From: Cirrosporium novae-zelandiae
Taxonomy: Eukaryota
Length of the DNA stretch: 64,000 nt
NCBI GenBank assembly: GCA_026023565.1
Contig: JAPETS010000032.1
Location: 248,001-312,000, forward strand
Reading direction: 5' to 3'
Part shown: positions 21,662 through 35,446 of the stretch, piece by piece
Position numbering within the stretch: the stretch's first letter is position 1
Layout: every line of letters begins with the position of its first letter
Notes under the pieces: model-generated
Seen by the model: the letters and a program-made list of their open reading frames with translations, nothing else
The model's database searches: none
What the model was told of the DNA's origin: nothing
Translations under genes and position numbers: made by a program

Positions 21662-23776
21662 CGTTTTGATGCGATGTTATAAATGATCAGTCAATAATGA
21701 GCCTTTTTGAAGAATGTTTGAATTAAAACCAAACTAGGTATGCATCTCCTAGGTGACTTGACAGTAAGAAGAGAGCGAACTGCGTAGAACCTACAGAGAG
21801 TAGCAACGGTTGAGTTGTTATATCAATGGGCTGGATAGATATTTCTACGCCAATATCGCCCGTGGGAGTGTACCTAGACAGCAGGCAGGTACGGGAGCCA
21901 TTGCGTATGTATTTAGACCGACCGTGGGCCTCATAGGCTCTTTGGCTTTAGGGAAATTCATACCCTAAATCATTGCTCCCTGGGTCTCCTAGCCCCTTAT
22001 ATCGCCAATTTTATGATTTGAATCCACCTCGTTCTTTTAGGAAATGAAGCCAAAGCCATCAACACTTTTTATCGTCTCTTATAGTAGGTATAGATGTCGT
22101 TGAGTCACAATCAAGCGGAGATCTTAGCACCATAATTATAAGTCCGTATTCTTAACCATGACAGTTGTCCGACATCATAGGTTCACGCATTTGATTGATC
22201 TTTCTTCGAGTGACATCGAGGGTATAGACAGTAAACAGCGCAAGGCAATGTGATGGAAACCGATTCATATAGATGAGATATGGTAATGGCGGAGGCAAGA
22301 CTTCGGATTGGCAGGCCCTAAAGGAGACAGGCTAGCAAAACAAATACACGCTGTGTTGATCCCATGAGCAGGGGAGGGATTCGAAAGACCATTGACTAGT
22401 AAGAGCCATTCAGCAGCTGGATCCAAAGGATGAAGATGAATATAACCAAAGGGATTTGCAGATGCAAGGACACAAAGAGAAAGCAGATGTACACATGTTC
22501 CCTTTCTTATGGAACCTTCTCTCGTTAAGCGCTTCGAACATCCGCTGTGCCGGGACATTCCTAGGGAAACAATCTTCCTTGCTGTCAAGCCACGACCTCA
22601 CCACCAAAAATCGCGCAAAAAACAGGGGTTCTCCAGATTCTCGAGACCCAGATGCTTAATGCTGTCCTGCATTAGCTTGACAAGTCTCTCTAAAGCTAAA
22701 ATCAACATCCTCTGTCACAAATGTAATTAAATCGCGCAATAAATGGCCCCCAGTAGTAAAAGTTGGGGAAGCCCATCTGAATTCGCTTATCAAAAGAACG
22801 CTTTGAGGCTAATTACCTACTTCTTGGCAACCGACGGCGAGTTCTATTTCAACCTTCAAAATATAGACAACAATCAAAAATCAGGCTAGATGAACAAGAA
22901 AAGGCCTAAATAAGGCAGAAGAAAAGGAAATCAAAGCTGGAACAACATTGAAAAGAAAAAAAACATATATTTGAAGCTCGTTTTTGCTGTGGGAGATCCC
23001 TTGCGTGTTAAAGGATGGTCAAGGCAACATAATGATCGGAGCCCGTAAACAAATCATCAGGATCGATAATGAGCAGTAAATATCAAAAACAGACAGACAT
23101 TGGATGCTATGTGACTATAAGGAGTTAGGTATGTTAATGTTTGTTGAAGTTATGTGTTCATGAACTTGTTTTCAAATGAGTTGCTTCAATGGTTGGGATT
23201 GATTGCCTAGGTAGCTATGTGATGTTGAGGAAATAAAGCCGAGGCCGACCTGGTACACTTAGAAGAATATCTTCTATCCTATCCTTGACCTAAGCTATTG
23301 GGAATAACGAACCTCTCCGTATTCGCAAATGTCGGTGATTATCTAAATGACTAGATTTCTAGGTGGGATTTGAGTTCTAGGCTTGTTTACTGCCTAAAGT
23401 AGCAAAGGCTTACACAATGCGAAATGACGAAGGCATGGCATCATCCAAATCGTTCAGGCAAGATAAGGGTCAAAACAGGCCAAGATTAAGGCGCTGCTCT
23501 GTAGTCATATTGAAATCTAACCATCTAAATCTAAAGATATTTTTAATCCATCAACACGGCCGCCAGTGGGTACCAAGTAAATCGCTAAACCAATCCCCAT
23601 CCACCCACCAGCAAAAGGTCAATGAATGGCAAACTCCGAAGCACCTCCACCTCAAAACACCATATTACCTGGAAACGTATCGTGCTTGCGCTCTATGCTG
23701 TTCTTATCCTTGGTTTTTACGAAGATCCTGCTTCTATACCTTGATGATTGGGGGGGAAGTTGGGGGCTAAGGAAAC

Positions 23777-24717
23777 TTAGTCTCGCTTCGTACCTGGCAT
23801 TGGGAAAACTGGCACCCTGATAGGGGTATTAAATGCCCAAAGGTTGTGGGCTCCGAGAATGACTAAGTACTGTTAGAGTCTGTCTGGAATGGACCGTATT
23901 TCAAGGGAACCCACAAGTCAAGAATGCACAAACATATCCCAAAGCACTGCCTGCTTTGCTGCATGCTGTGTTGTCGTTCATATTTCCGATAGCGAGGAGC
24001 ATGAAAACGAGATCAAGGACTACGAGGTCGATAAATAGAACCCAATTGGTCTTAATGGCGCCGACTACAAAGATAAAGGTGACGATAAACCAGGCCCAGA
24101 GGAATAGCGCTACAGCCGGGGCGAATTGGTCGTTGAGTTCTCCGGTCTTCGAATCGGTATAGGCGTCCATAATTCCGGAACCGGGAACATAAATAATACC
24201 ATACGCTAGGTTGAAAGCGCCATAAGCCGGGAAGACCGTTCCTTCGTACTGAGAATATAATATTAGCTATCGGTTTGTTAGTGGGCGAATAGGGAACATA
24301 CCGTATTACCAGCAATCCAGCAGAAGATTCCACCCACAAACTGAGCGATACCACTGAAAAAGACCAACATGCCAACGAGAATGTTAGGGGTTGCAACGCC
24401 CCGGACGGCAAGACCACAGCTAGATATCAAGAATATACCTGTGATTCGCAAATCAGCCACTATCCAACTGTCACGAAATCATGCTGATTCATACCGGCCG
24501 AGAATCCCAACAGGGCGAGCGGGGAGCCATCAGCGTAGGTCCGTTGCGGTAACTCGTGGATGAGGTGTTCGTGGCCATGCTCATGAAGTGTACGGTCTGA
24601 ATGGCTATCCCTCTTCATATGCCCCCCCTCCTTCATCTGTTCCAGGCTCTCCTCAAGATTTGAGGGTTGAGCATTGGACTCAAGCTTGTTAGCTTGATCA
24701 AAAGATTCCGAAGACAT
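23777..24717 (-). CDS. GPR1/FUN34/YaaH family acetate/monocarboxylate transporter (Ady2/AcpA/AlcS-like), 4 exons
   Basis: YADGSPLALLGFS, VATPNILVGMLVFFSGIAQFVGG, GNTYEGTVFPAYGAFNL and FAPAVALFLWAWFI. The last exon ends PGTKRD*. Confidence 0.9.
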
Positions 24718-26949
24718 GGTTGGTAACGTGGTCAAGAGTTTAGTTGATCAAACAAAGCAGGAATTATCTCCTCGGAGTAAAGTAGAATATGTTGATAATG
24801 ACTAACGTACTTCGGAGAAAACAATAAAGGATGAAAGAGGAAGACCGAAAAGACTGCTATCACGGAGAAAACCACGGCTTTGAAGGAATGTAGAACTTTG
24901 TAGGAAACAAAAAATTTGGAAAGAAGAACGGGTGACGATGATAAATCCCAACCCAAGACAGGAGAAAACTTTTCCAAGACCCAGTAAATCTTCACTAGAA
25001 TATTAACCGGCGGTATTCTGCAAAGTGGTTCACCAGATTGTCGAAAACGGGCGGTGCCTCCAAGCGGCTCCGATTGCTTAGAGTTGTCAAATCGAGGAAT
25101 GATCTCCAATCAGAGACAAAGTGCAGCAAAGAAGCAACAGTTCGCTAGGCAAGTATCTTCGGGAAGAGCCTTGGCTTAAAGAGCATAATTCACGCTTGAA
25201 CGCTCTAGAGCTAGGAACGGTTTGAGCTGACAGGCAGTGACAGGGAGCCCAACCAGTTTTCTGATATTATGGAGCAGGGGAAGGTGGACCAGAAATGTGA
25301 ATAGTAGTGAGACGGTAGCAACGTGGCGGTCGCCGAGCCTCGAACAAGACTTTGGGCACATACTGGCTGCTAGGACCTCCATCCATAAAGGGAAATATAT
25401 GCATACAAAGTAGACAATAATCCGAAAAGGTTCTTCGAGGTTCTCAGATACCAAGCGCCAGGCTTGGGCCTTGTATGGAAGCTGGTACAAGTAAGTAGCG
25501 ATAACTACCAAAAGCATAAAATCATAGGGGAACAGCGAGTGTAATCCCGTTGGTTAAACTACAGAGGATGCCAAAGTAAGAGGGATCATTAGTGGTCAGG
25601 AGATGAGTGAGCCTCCATGGCCGTTCCTGGGAATGTTTCAAATCTCGGAATCGGACTAGTTAGTAGATTTTGTTCTGCGCCTCACCTGATTTCGCATCAA
25701 CAAAGGCCGGACCATTATTTGGGAGCCGAGTCCCCTTGGGGGGCAGATAAATTTAAAAAGCGGAGGCGGTGCGCTCGTTTATCTGTGGAAATTTGGAAAA
25801 ATGGAAAATTAGAAATTCGCGGCCTCCCCATCAATTTGGAATTTCGAGACTCCCACGCAGAAAATCTTCCTGAGAACGGCTGTTTGCAGGAAGGAAGTCC
25901 CCGTATCACATTTCGCGTGGCACCGACAGCAATAAATGTTGGATTATTATTATATGTTGTATTTGGTTGTGAACTTCATCGACCAACTACCTAGATACCC
26001 AAGGCCTTAAAGATTAGTATTACGCAAATAATTCCAACCTTGCAGGCAGGATGTGTCTTGGTAGATTCTAGAGCAGTTAAGAACTGGAGACGTGCAGAAG
26101 GTTTAACAGATGAAAATTTGCCAAGCAGCATACCAATGCGTCGACAAGTAATTTCTGCCAAAACCCGCCGGTGCCGCGATAATAATTAATTATTGGGGGG
26201 GGGGGGGGCGAGACGCTGGCCAGTGGGCACTGACAGCTTGCTCTGACTTCGATTCATCCTAATGCCATCGTAGAGCAAGGACAGTTCGTCTATTAAACTT
26301 GAACGGTAAAATGATGATCTGCACATCCTTTGTCTTTGCTCACTGCATTGTCCCAAGCCATTTCCTCATAGCTGTTCAACGGCTTCAGCCATCTCTGCAC
26401 ATTTCCATCATCAATTCATCATGGTTCATTGTGGTATCCCTGAATTGAACCACCTCCTGTGGTAACTTCTATGTGTGTGCTTTATAATTTGATCCAATCA
26501 TTGCGATGGGGGGAGAAGGTGGACTGACGGCTAGGATTTGGCGTGGAACGGTGCAATGGTGAGCAGGAAGGAGAGGACCGAAGTGAAGCCGATCCGATGG
26601 TGAAGAGACGGTCGAGTGTTTAAATTTAGAGGAGAGGGATATTAAGCTCATGCTGGTCCAATGTTGAAGTTTGTTGAAGTAAGGGTTACTCGGAAGCCGG
26701 CAAGGGCTTGATCAATAGTAAACCCTAATCAGGCTACAAGGCATCAAAATATACTTAAGGTAGAAATCTATAAATATATTTGCCTCAGGTGTCTACTTAC
26801 ATCCTTGTTGCTCGTTAACCAATACTCCCAGCATCTCGCACATCGTAGGTCGCATCAGTAATTTTTCCTTTTCATCCTTCAAATTCGCATGCCAATGACA
26901 TATATTATATATACTTCAAACATCCGGAAGGATCAGAAAGATGGCATTC

Positions 26950-27410
26950 CTCCCGCACCCTGAAGCCTAAGGCTGGTCCCAAACCATTATTATACACATT
27001 TCCAATGGTCAGGTCTAACCCACTCTGATTTCTAATTTTCAACACAAAACCCTTCGAAAGTTAGAAAGCCAGCCTCGGCCCTTAGAAGTCGCTTCGGAAC
27101 GATACCGCATCATAGACTATCGTCGACAATGCCAATCTTCATCCCCCGCATTTGCTTCCCCGCACCCGGGCAGGGAATTCACGTATCATCAATTAGGTGG
27201 TGGGAATCCCAAGATCCAACTAGATCTAGATGGGAAACATACGGTCAATTAAGGTCTATTCCATGAGATAAGAGATGGAGCTTATTCTTGGGATTCTGTG
27301 CGACGATATCCCGTTTTCTAGCACGGGATCCGAGGACGGGTATTGGGAGCCTTCAGAAGCAGAATAATGATGTCGTATACCTGAATAGTAGGACAGCAAT
27401 AATATAAAAA
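26950..27410 (+). promoter_or_regulatory. ADH promoter with CCGCA/CCCCGC motifs (AlcR-like core, CreA SYGGRG) and TATA
   Basis: CCCCGCA direct repeat at 27144-27150 and 27158-27164. Further CCGCA near 26953 and 27105. TATAAAA at 27403. Confidence 0.45.
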
Positions 27411-27593
27411 GGGTGCACAAATACCCCTCTTTCACCCCCAGCATTTGTTGTTGGCTATCATCTCATTCACCATCTCAGGTTGTATACCTGATACTTTGCA
27501 CGTTGACCATTTATTCCTGACACCTGCTGCAAAATACCCTTCTCTTCCATTGATTTTCTCAACTGCAATCCATCAAAGTTCATTCCAAGCACA

Positions 27594-28910
27594 ATGGGTT
27601 CCCGGTTCGATCTCCCCAAACAATACAAGGCGGTCGTCTATGACAAGCCTGGATCTATTAGTACCAAAATCGAAATGCTAGACGTGCCCGAGCCCGGATT
27701 CGGGGAAGTTTTAATAAACTTGACTCACTCTGGTGTCTGTCATTCAGATCTGGGTGTCATGACGAATTCGGTGAGGCGTTCTCTTCGTTAACCGAAAACG
27801 CCCGAGCCAGAAGCTAATTATATTGTCGTCCTTCAGTGGCACCATCTTCCCTTTCCTACTCCTCCTGGACAAGTTGGTGGCCATGAAGGCGTAGGAATAG
27901 TGGTGAAGCTGGGACCAGGAGCCGAGAAGTCAACTGTGAAAGTAGGAGATCGCGTAGGTGTAAAGTGGGTTAGTGCTACTTGTGGGACATGTCGTGGGTA
28001 CCCATCTTCTCTTCTATTCCAGCAACCTGTTATCACGAATAAAATACATTAATGCGCCGATTCCCCAGCTGCATGTCTTGAATATGAAGATGGCATTTGC
28101 TTCAACCAGAAGATCAGTGGATATTACACCCCTGGAACATTCCAGCAATATGTCCTCGGTCCGGCGAATTACATCACACCAATTCCCGAGGAACTTTCCT
28201 CTGCTGACGCCGCTCCGATGTTATGTGCAGGCGTAACCACATACTCCGCTCTCAAGAAATCTGGAGCGAAGCCCGGTCAATGGGTTATCATATCCGGTGC
28301 AGGTGGGGGTCTTGGTCATATAGCTGTGCAACTTGCGGCCAAGGGAATGGGGTTTCGCGTCCTTGGAATAGATCACGGATCTAAAGCTCAATTCGTGAAA
28401 GATAGCGGTGCCGAAGCATTCATCGACATCACAGCTCATGACGACGAGTCCATTGTTGATGAGGTCAAGGGCCATACAGGTGGTCTAGGTGCTAAGGCAG
28501 TGATTGTGTGTACAGCGAGTAATCGGGCCTATGCTCAGGCCATAGATATGTTGCGGTTCGGAGGAACATTGGTGTGTGTAGGAATGCCGGAAGGAGACCC
28601 TGTACCGATTGCGAAATCATATCCGGCGGCGATGGTGTTTAAGCATGCGACGATCACGAGTAGTGCTGTAGGGGATCGGATGGAGGCTATTGAGGCCCTG
28701 GATTTTGCTGCTAGAGGCATTGTGAAGACACACCATAGGATTGAAAAGATGGAGAAGTTAACTGAGGTAAGCTTATCTCTCTTTTTTTTTTGCTTAGTTA
28801 TAATGAAAATCTTGAAAGCCATACCCATGTATATGCTGACTATTTCGTAGGTTTTCAAAGAAATGGAAGCACAGAAGCTGCAAGGCAGGGTTGTTCTTGA
28901 TCTCTCCTGA
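27594..28910 (+). CDS. Zinc-dependent alcohol dehydrogenase (MDR family, ADH II/AlcB-like), 4 exons
   Basis: SGVCHSDL, GGHEGVG, structural Zn cysteines, APMLCAGVT, GAGGGLGH and terminal LQGRVVLDLS*. Confidence 0.95.
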
Positions 28911-29348
28911 TTCCTCGGAGTTATAATTTTCAAATAACGTCACGGACACATTAACTTCAGAAACTCATATTTTCGCTAGCAACTCATTATGAACCAGAGA
29001 AATAACCTTGATGGAATAAAGTCTCGCTGTATGATACCAAACTGCAGAATATTCACTTTGACAAACCATGACATGACAAACATTGTGTTGAACTCGGGCA
29101 AAGTTATATACGCCAACGCGGCAGAAGCACGAGGTTGAGCTCGAGCATCAAAATCAACATAATAGAAAGGTAGTAGCAAAAGAGAACTAATTGAGACCTG
29201 AACTGAAAAGTCCCCTCCCTCGCATCCATGGGTATCACTTCAATAAACCTGCCCAAGAATATATCAAGACAGCCACCAGCTTCACTTCATCTATGGCATT
29301 TGGTTAGTTAAACCGAGTAAGCCTCCCAGATAAATTCCATCCCAGTCA

Positions 29349-30062
29349 TCACCCTAAAAGAGCATCCAGCTTTGGAGTATAGCCTATATTATCGATCCTA
29401 TTCGCGATTGTTGTTCGAACCTCGTATAGTCTATTCCTAATGGACTCGGGGTCTCGTGCGGGCCAAAGATTTGCAGCCCTAAGGCCGTTGAAGGCGTACG
29501 TTAATACCTCCATGATAGAGTCCGCAAGAGCTCTATCGCCAGGTGTAGGGTTGCCGATTAGAGCATTGAACAAGCTCGAGCCACCTCCCGGATACGTGTC
29601 CCGCCTGCATATGTCTATTAATATCCCCAGCAGAACCTTGGCCCCATTCGCCGCTGCTTCAGGACGATGGCGATATCGTCCACGGATGTTCATATGTATG
29701 CTTCCAACCAACCTAGAAAGCTCCCTGACAGTTTGTCCAAAGTCGGCGCGACGTGTATCAAGGCCACTGAAGATCCCTGCCGCTTGAGTTGTTAATTTCT
29801 CAAAGCAGACAGCTTCACAATGCTGAACGGGCAGCATCTCCCGGAAGCGACTGAAAACAACTTCATCGTTGATGGCCATCTCTTGGATGGTTCTATGCAG
29901 GTCACCCTGCTCATAACAAGATCGAAGAGGTTTGTTACCAGATGGCTCGGGTTCATTTGGAACCAGCACTATCGGCGCTCCTCCTTGGTCAAAAACTGAC
30001 AACATGTCTTTGACTTGTTGAGTACGAGTCATGACAAATGTCATTGGATATGGTGCTGCCAT
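29349..30062 (-). CDS. Hypothetical protein (237 aa)
   Basis: Uninterrupted ORF with ATG in good context (gcgatcATGG) and protein-like composition. No recognisable family. Confidence 0.55.
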   Translation of the reverse strand: MAAPYPMTFVMTRTQQVKDMLSVFDQGGAPIVLVPNEPEPSGNKPLRSCYEQGDLHRTIQEMAINDEVVFSRFREMLPVQHCEAVCFEKLTTQAAGIFSGLDTRRADFGQTVRELSRLVGSIHMNIRGRYRHRPEAAANGAKVLLGILIDICRRDTYPGGGSSLFNALIGNPTPGDRALADSIMEVLTYAFNGLRAANLWPARDPESIRNRLYEVRTTIANRIDNIGYTPKLDALLG

Positions 30063-31596
30063 GATCGCTTTGTTACTTTTCGTCCCACCTTCGGCTAGGT
30101 GGCAGTGTCACTTGATGTTATCAGAGGTCGATTTCTCGGATTCAGCTTTGCTCGAAAAGGTAGACTTTAGGGGATCTGTGAAACGAAAAGGCCTTGTTGA
30201 CATTTGAAAAGGGGGGTTCTATGTCCTTCTTGTACTTGTTGCAGACCAACATGAGCCGCATATCGAATTCAAGAACAGTGTCTTCAATGAACCGTCGAGC
30301 GCTCTTCCCACCAAGACCATTATGGCAGAAATGATGGGAGTTGCCCTAAGGGTGAGGTGGTCCTCCATGGTGGGGTGGGTACTGGAAGCAGGAATCAGCC
30401 TCAATGAGAGAATCAATCTGATCAGTAAGTAAGCCGATATTCGGGAAGGATGGTTGTGCTAGTTTAGACAAGACAGGACTTACCAATGATATGAGGGGCA
30501 CACCTAAGGATTACAACTTCTTTCGTCCTCGATCGCTCCCCGCAACCCCCACATTGATGAACAGAAACGTCGTGATTGGGAGCCGAGACGTGGGAACGTC
30601 TAGCGTGGAAACGTGATCGCAAGTCAATGCGGCCCAAGCAATTGCTCTCCAGGCGTGTGGGAAGAATCCCTATCGGAGGGTAAAAAGTCAAGGTCAATCA
30701 CCAATCCAAAGCCCAAGGCTTCCAACAACTCGGCGGGGTTTAGCGTCACTGTGGAAATGAAATCCAGACAGAGACCACTGCCCTCCTCTCGGAAGGTGGT
30801 TGAACGTCTTGGAAGATGCTCTGATCGGAAAGATGAGGATGGTTGGGGCTCGGTAGGGTTCAGTATTCTCAAGAATGGATGCGGCGTAGGGTACTGATAG
30901 AGGCTGAAATTCGGATAAACGGAGTATTACATTGGGAATATGGTGATGGTCTCGACGATGAAAGAGATGATACTGGTGACAGAGAGAGAAAGGAGGGAAT
31001 TGATCAAAGATAGTTTCGCGGTTGTGTAGGTTCCGCAAAGGATAATCCTAGTTGAGCCTCAAAGTTAAGGTACCAACATCAATTCTCAGTTCCCTTGATT
31101 CGTTAGTGGTTCGGACAACACATCAACCAGAAATTCTTAGCCATCGCATGATAACAAATTCCCTGAGAAAACCCTTTACTAAGTGGGTGTGAAACATCAT
31201 CCTCTGGGGCGCCTAGGCGTTAGTCTACAGTCGCTGTGCCGCGCGAAGCTATATGAACCTCACGACGTACACTTCCCATGATTATTTAGCGTACTGACAT
31301 TTGATGAATACTATGCACGGCTGGAAGTTGATCGGGATGAGGTAATTATGCCGATTGAAATGCAATATGTTGCCCGTAAAAACTGTATCCTAACCCTTTG
31401 CCCTTCTTTTTTTCTCAAGAGCCTCCACGCCCACAATCAAACACCGTCTCGCAGGGCATACCCAAGATGATGCATTCTAGAAAAAAAAATTCATTCCATC
31501 CGATACAAATCTTGACTGGACGAATCAGACGGAATAACGTCAACGCCCAAACCCCCCTTGGATCAATGCACGCGATAACGATAATTATGACCCGCC

Positions 31597-31979
31597 TTAA
31601 TATTGACGCCGCTTTTGCCTTTCCTTTTCCTTCCCTTTGGTGATAATATGTTTCATAGGTACACTCCCCCAGGGGAGACCAGAAGTTCCGTTATCTTCCC
31701 CGAGGTCTTTGGGGTCTGGAGCATACGCTGCACCAGCGGCTTCTTGGTTGCTCATATCCCGTGCTTGGTCTTCCTTCTTTTGCTTCCTCTTTTCTCCTAT
31801 TGAAAATCAGCTCCGGGTTAAACACCGCCATTTTGATTAGGAAAATTCTTACGGAACTTCCTTTGTGCTATCCTATTCTGCCTCCTTCGCCTTTCGTTCG
31901 GATCAGCTATCTGAGACCAGTCGTCGGGGCCCCCTTCGTCACTGTCCAGATGTTCTTCATGCTGTTCTCGGTCGCCCAT
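31597..31979 (-). CDS. Small bZIP-type transcription factor, 2 exons
   Basis: DWSQIADPNERRRRQNRIAQRKFR basic region, intron 31852-31797, then EKRKQKKED...GLPWGSVPMKHII...Y*. Confidence 0.85.
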
Positions 31980-33980
31980 GTTGATTTCTACAGACGGTTT
32001 CAATATCAAATGTCACAGATATTGCTTGAATGGAGGAGATGTCGGTATCAGGAGGAAGAAATATACGTGTGATCTAATGGTATAGTGATGTGCTTTTCGG
32101 AAACTAAGAACATATTCCAAAGTACTAATGAACATATATATATCAAAGTTTAAAGATCCAAAAGAGAAATTGCTCATACAATGTTGTATTCCAATGTGCT
32201 CGCCTGAAATTCAGCCGCAGAAGGATTCTCAGAGATGCAGGTTGAGAACTGCCACTATAGATGCTGCAGGCATCATAGAGGATATCAAAGAGCTTGGGAC
32301 GCAATAGTGAATATTGAAAATGAAACTGATAAAAGGGCGCCCAGCTAAGGCTGGGTTGTACTCAGGTGGTGTTGGACCAGGTAAGGGTGGTTGATAGCAG
32401 GATATACGGTCAATAGTGAGATCCCCAACTGTTACAAGTTGAGTAAGAGGAATCAGAAAGCGGAGTCCCGTACATTGAATGAACAGTTGAATATAGAAAC
32501 CCATTGAAAGCTCAAGGTTCATCAATCCTCCATTGGACCCCCGAGGTTTGTTGATCCTCCATTGTAACCCGTGTACAAAAGTTGGTTGTCACCAGGACAG
32601 TCAATTCTAGGCAAACGGGGCAACATCCCACGATAGGTGGGCCAGATGGAGGAACAACATGATGGCCCTAAAGACTCGACGGCATGATGCGATAGGGCTG
32701 ATGATACTTTGCGCGACCTTCCAGTTCTGTTAATCTAAATTAGTTCTCCAGAGCACATATGTTGGATTGAACAGATCGACTCACTAGAGCACGGTGCAGG
32801 GAGTGGCGCAGACACCATGTAGGAGTCTGTACCTGCAGAAGGATTGAAGAAATGATAATGATGAAGAGTAGAGCAGTTAGTCAGTAAGGTGTTGGAGCTA
32901 GATAGTGATGGGATGTATCAAGTATCGATGGGCTGTCAGCCTCGGTCGGGCCATGGCCTGCCTGGGTTTCTATTTCCTCACAATTAGCCATAATTTGTAA
33001 ATGCAACAACGTGGGCAGATGCAGGAGTTTCAGAGAGTCTTTGAAGTGAAAAGCAAAAGTAGAAACAATGTTGAAGAGTATTAGCGGGGGCTATCGATAG
33101 AGCTGGACATGTTAGTTGACACCATCATGTCAGCGGTCAGTTAAGTGAAGCCATAGGATGAGGCTCAAGAAGAATCCCGGCGCTTGGACTCGCAAGCACG
33201 GCAAACTGTAGGATTCAGCCGTATCAGGACCCTGTCAGCCGAAGGATCCGGGGACTGAAGGGCATAACCTACGATACCCAAATAAACCAAATAAACCTGG
33301 AGAGTGAGCACTACAGTCGAATAAGAAAAGAAAGAATGCAGTACATTTGATTGTTGTTGTCCCGAATTCTTGAACGTTGGGTCATGGAAACATGGCATTC
33401 TCGGTATTCTCGGCATTCTGGGTTTAAAAAGATATTAATAATTATATATACTTTTTCTTTTTGTATAATTATATACAGTTACTTTTGACTATCTAATTTA
33501 CAGTTTGATATGGATTATTAACTTAGCTACCATGGTTCATGGATCATGGTTCATCAGACAGTACATCCACACCAAAGAGTCGAAGTGTCAAAGTACATAC
33601 CCCTCATGTTCATCTCCATCATCTTTTAGTATAATCATGGGTTGTTGATAAATGATAAATGATAAAAATAAAATATTAAATTACTCGAGTAGTTGGATGG
33701 AATGGTTGAGGTTGCCCTGGTGGTGGTGGTGGTGAAATGGTTCGTGGGGTTGTTGAGCCCAAGGCCGTTGAGCTGCCCAGTGGTTCGTTAACCAATCATC
33801 GCCCCTAATCTCCCCCTCCTCTGCATTTTCCTTTCGCATTCTCATGTTACGTTACACAATATTCATCTACACTACTTACTGTATATATCAACGTAATACA
33901 GTATGAAAATACAAAAATACAAAGTACATCAACTGTTGGAGTTAATCTCATTTCTCGTCTCTCAATTCTCAATTGAAGCT

Positions 33981-35446
33981 ATGTTCGCCAACATGACTCC
34001 AAATACCTCTTCATATCTTCTGAGTCGTGTGTTTCAAGCATGGAATCCTTTCATGTCCTATCTCTTTTATCCCATTGTTCTTATTCTCTCTGTTACTATC
34101 GTACGCTTAACACTTGCTCTTCTAGTTTTCCTTCCGCTCTACATAACCATCCAAGGTTTTCTTGCCTCCATCACAGGACTTAAAAACGCCCATCTTCTAC
34201 TCACATCGACCGGCCGACGTACATTGATCAGAGATTCCGATTGCTGGAGACACTACGAGTACTATTACTATCACAATATACCCATTAGGGATGTGTTCCG
34301 AACGGATGTCAATACATGTCTAAAAATTGCAGCATGGTCGCCACATGTGGAAGAATTCGATCTCCATGACATGAGGGTTCGCTTCGTCCATGAAAAACCT
34401 CTAGATAGGGGGGTCCAGCCTTCGGGGCAGACAATCATATTGTTGCATGGAAATCCAAGTTGGTCGTTTATGTGGCGAAAAGTATGGTTTTGGAAAGACT
34501 GATATAGCTGTCGGTGTGAACCTCCTAACTAATCTTTAAAGATAATTCCTGTCCTCACGCAGCATGGTCATGAAGTCTATGCTTTAGATTGGATAGGCTA
34601 TGGCCTAAGCGACAAGCCTTTGAAGCCTTTTGAAATAGCTCCCGGTCTTCATGGGGTTACATTGAAAACATTGATCCGTCTTTACTCCATTACCGATTGC
34701 TACATTGTTGCTCATGACTGGGGAGGGTACTTTACCATTTTGGCATATGACTCTTTATAAGAATTGAACCGTTTCTGACAGCAGTCCACAGATGCATAGC
34801 TCTATCGACAATTCCAGACCTCCCACTAGGAACGTGTAAAGGTCTCTTTCTCCTCAACTCCTTCTTTCTCCCTCGGCCAAATGATAGTAGTCTCAACTCC
34901 TACACCCGCTATGTTATATGGTTCTTCGTGACTGGTGCTCTTGGTGTTCTTCTCCCGGAGTGGGCTATCATGCACTATATGAACCCTCAAATTTCCTCCC
35001 ACGCCCTCCGAGGGTTCTCGGCCCCATTCTATGGTGGAATCAAAACAAAAACGAGCATTAAGCGCTTCACGCAAATCCTACCAGGGATTCCAGACTTCAT
35101 ACTCTCATTACGATGTACCCCTAGATGGAGGATGATCGAGGGTCTTCTTGGCCCGCCAAAATTCACAAACATAAACGAGCAAGCTACATTGGCTGCTCAA
35201 AACCACGTACACAGAAACTGGTGGAAATCAATATCTAAAGGTCAGCCAAAAGTTACGATCATATTTGGTAGAAATGGTCCTCTTGTGGATTTCAAGGAGG
35301 TACTTGAAAACGGGATCAATGCGCGCTTACGCGTTGATGGCTTAAACCGGGGGTGGATCGATGGAGCAGGACATTATCCTTCGGAGGACAAGCCATTAGA
35401 GGTGGCCAATGCCATATTACTATTCCTTGACAAAGTAAATGCATGA
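33981..35446 (+). CDS. Haloalkane-dehalogenase-like alpha/beta hydrolase with N-terminal membrane segment, 3 exons
   Basis: LLHGNPSWSFMWRK, DWIGYGLSDKP, VAHDWGG nucleophile elbow and AGHYPSEDKP catalytic His. The start codon is uncertain (33903 or 33981). Confidence 0.85.

Noticed and set aside
22250..22730. Coding-like stretch with several short overlapping ORFs
   Set aside because: No recognisable motif or consistent gene model. It could be a relic, but I cannot support that.
25176..25994. 113-aa and 125-aa ORFs in the transporter-ADH spacer
   Set aside because: No domain features; the lengths are compatible with chance ORFs in promoter DNA.
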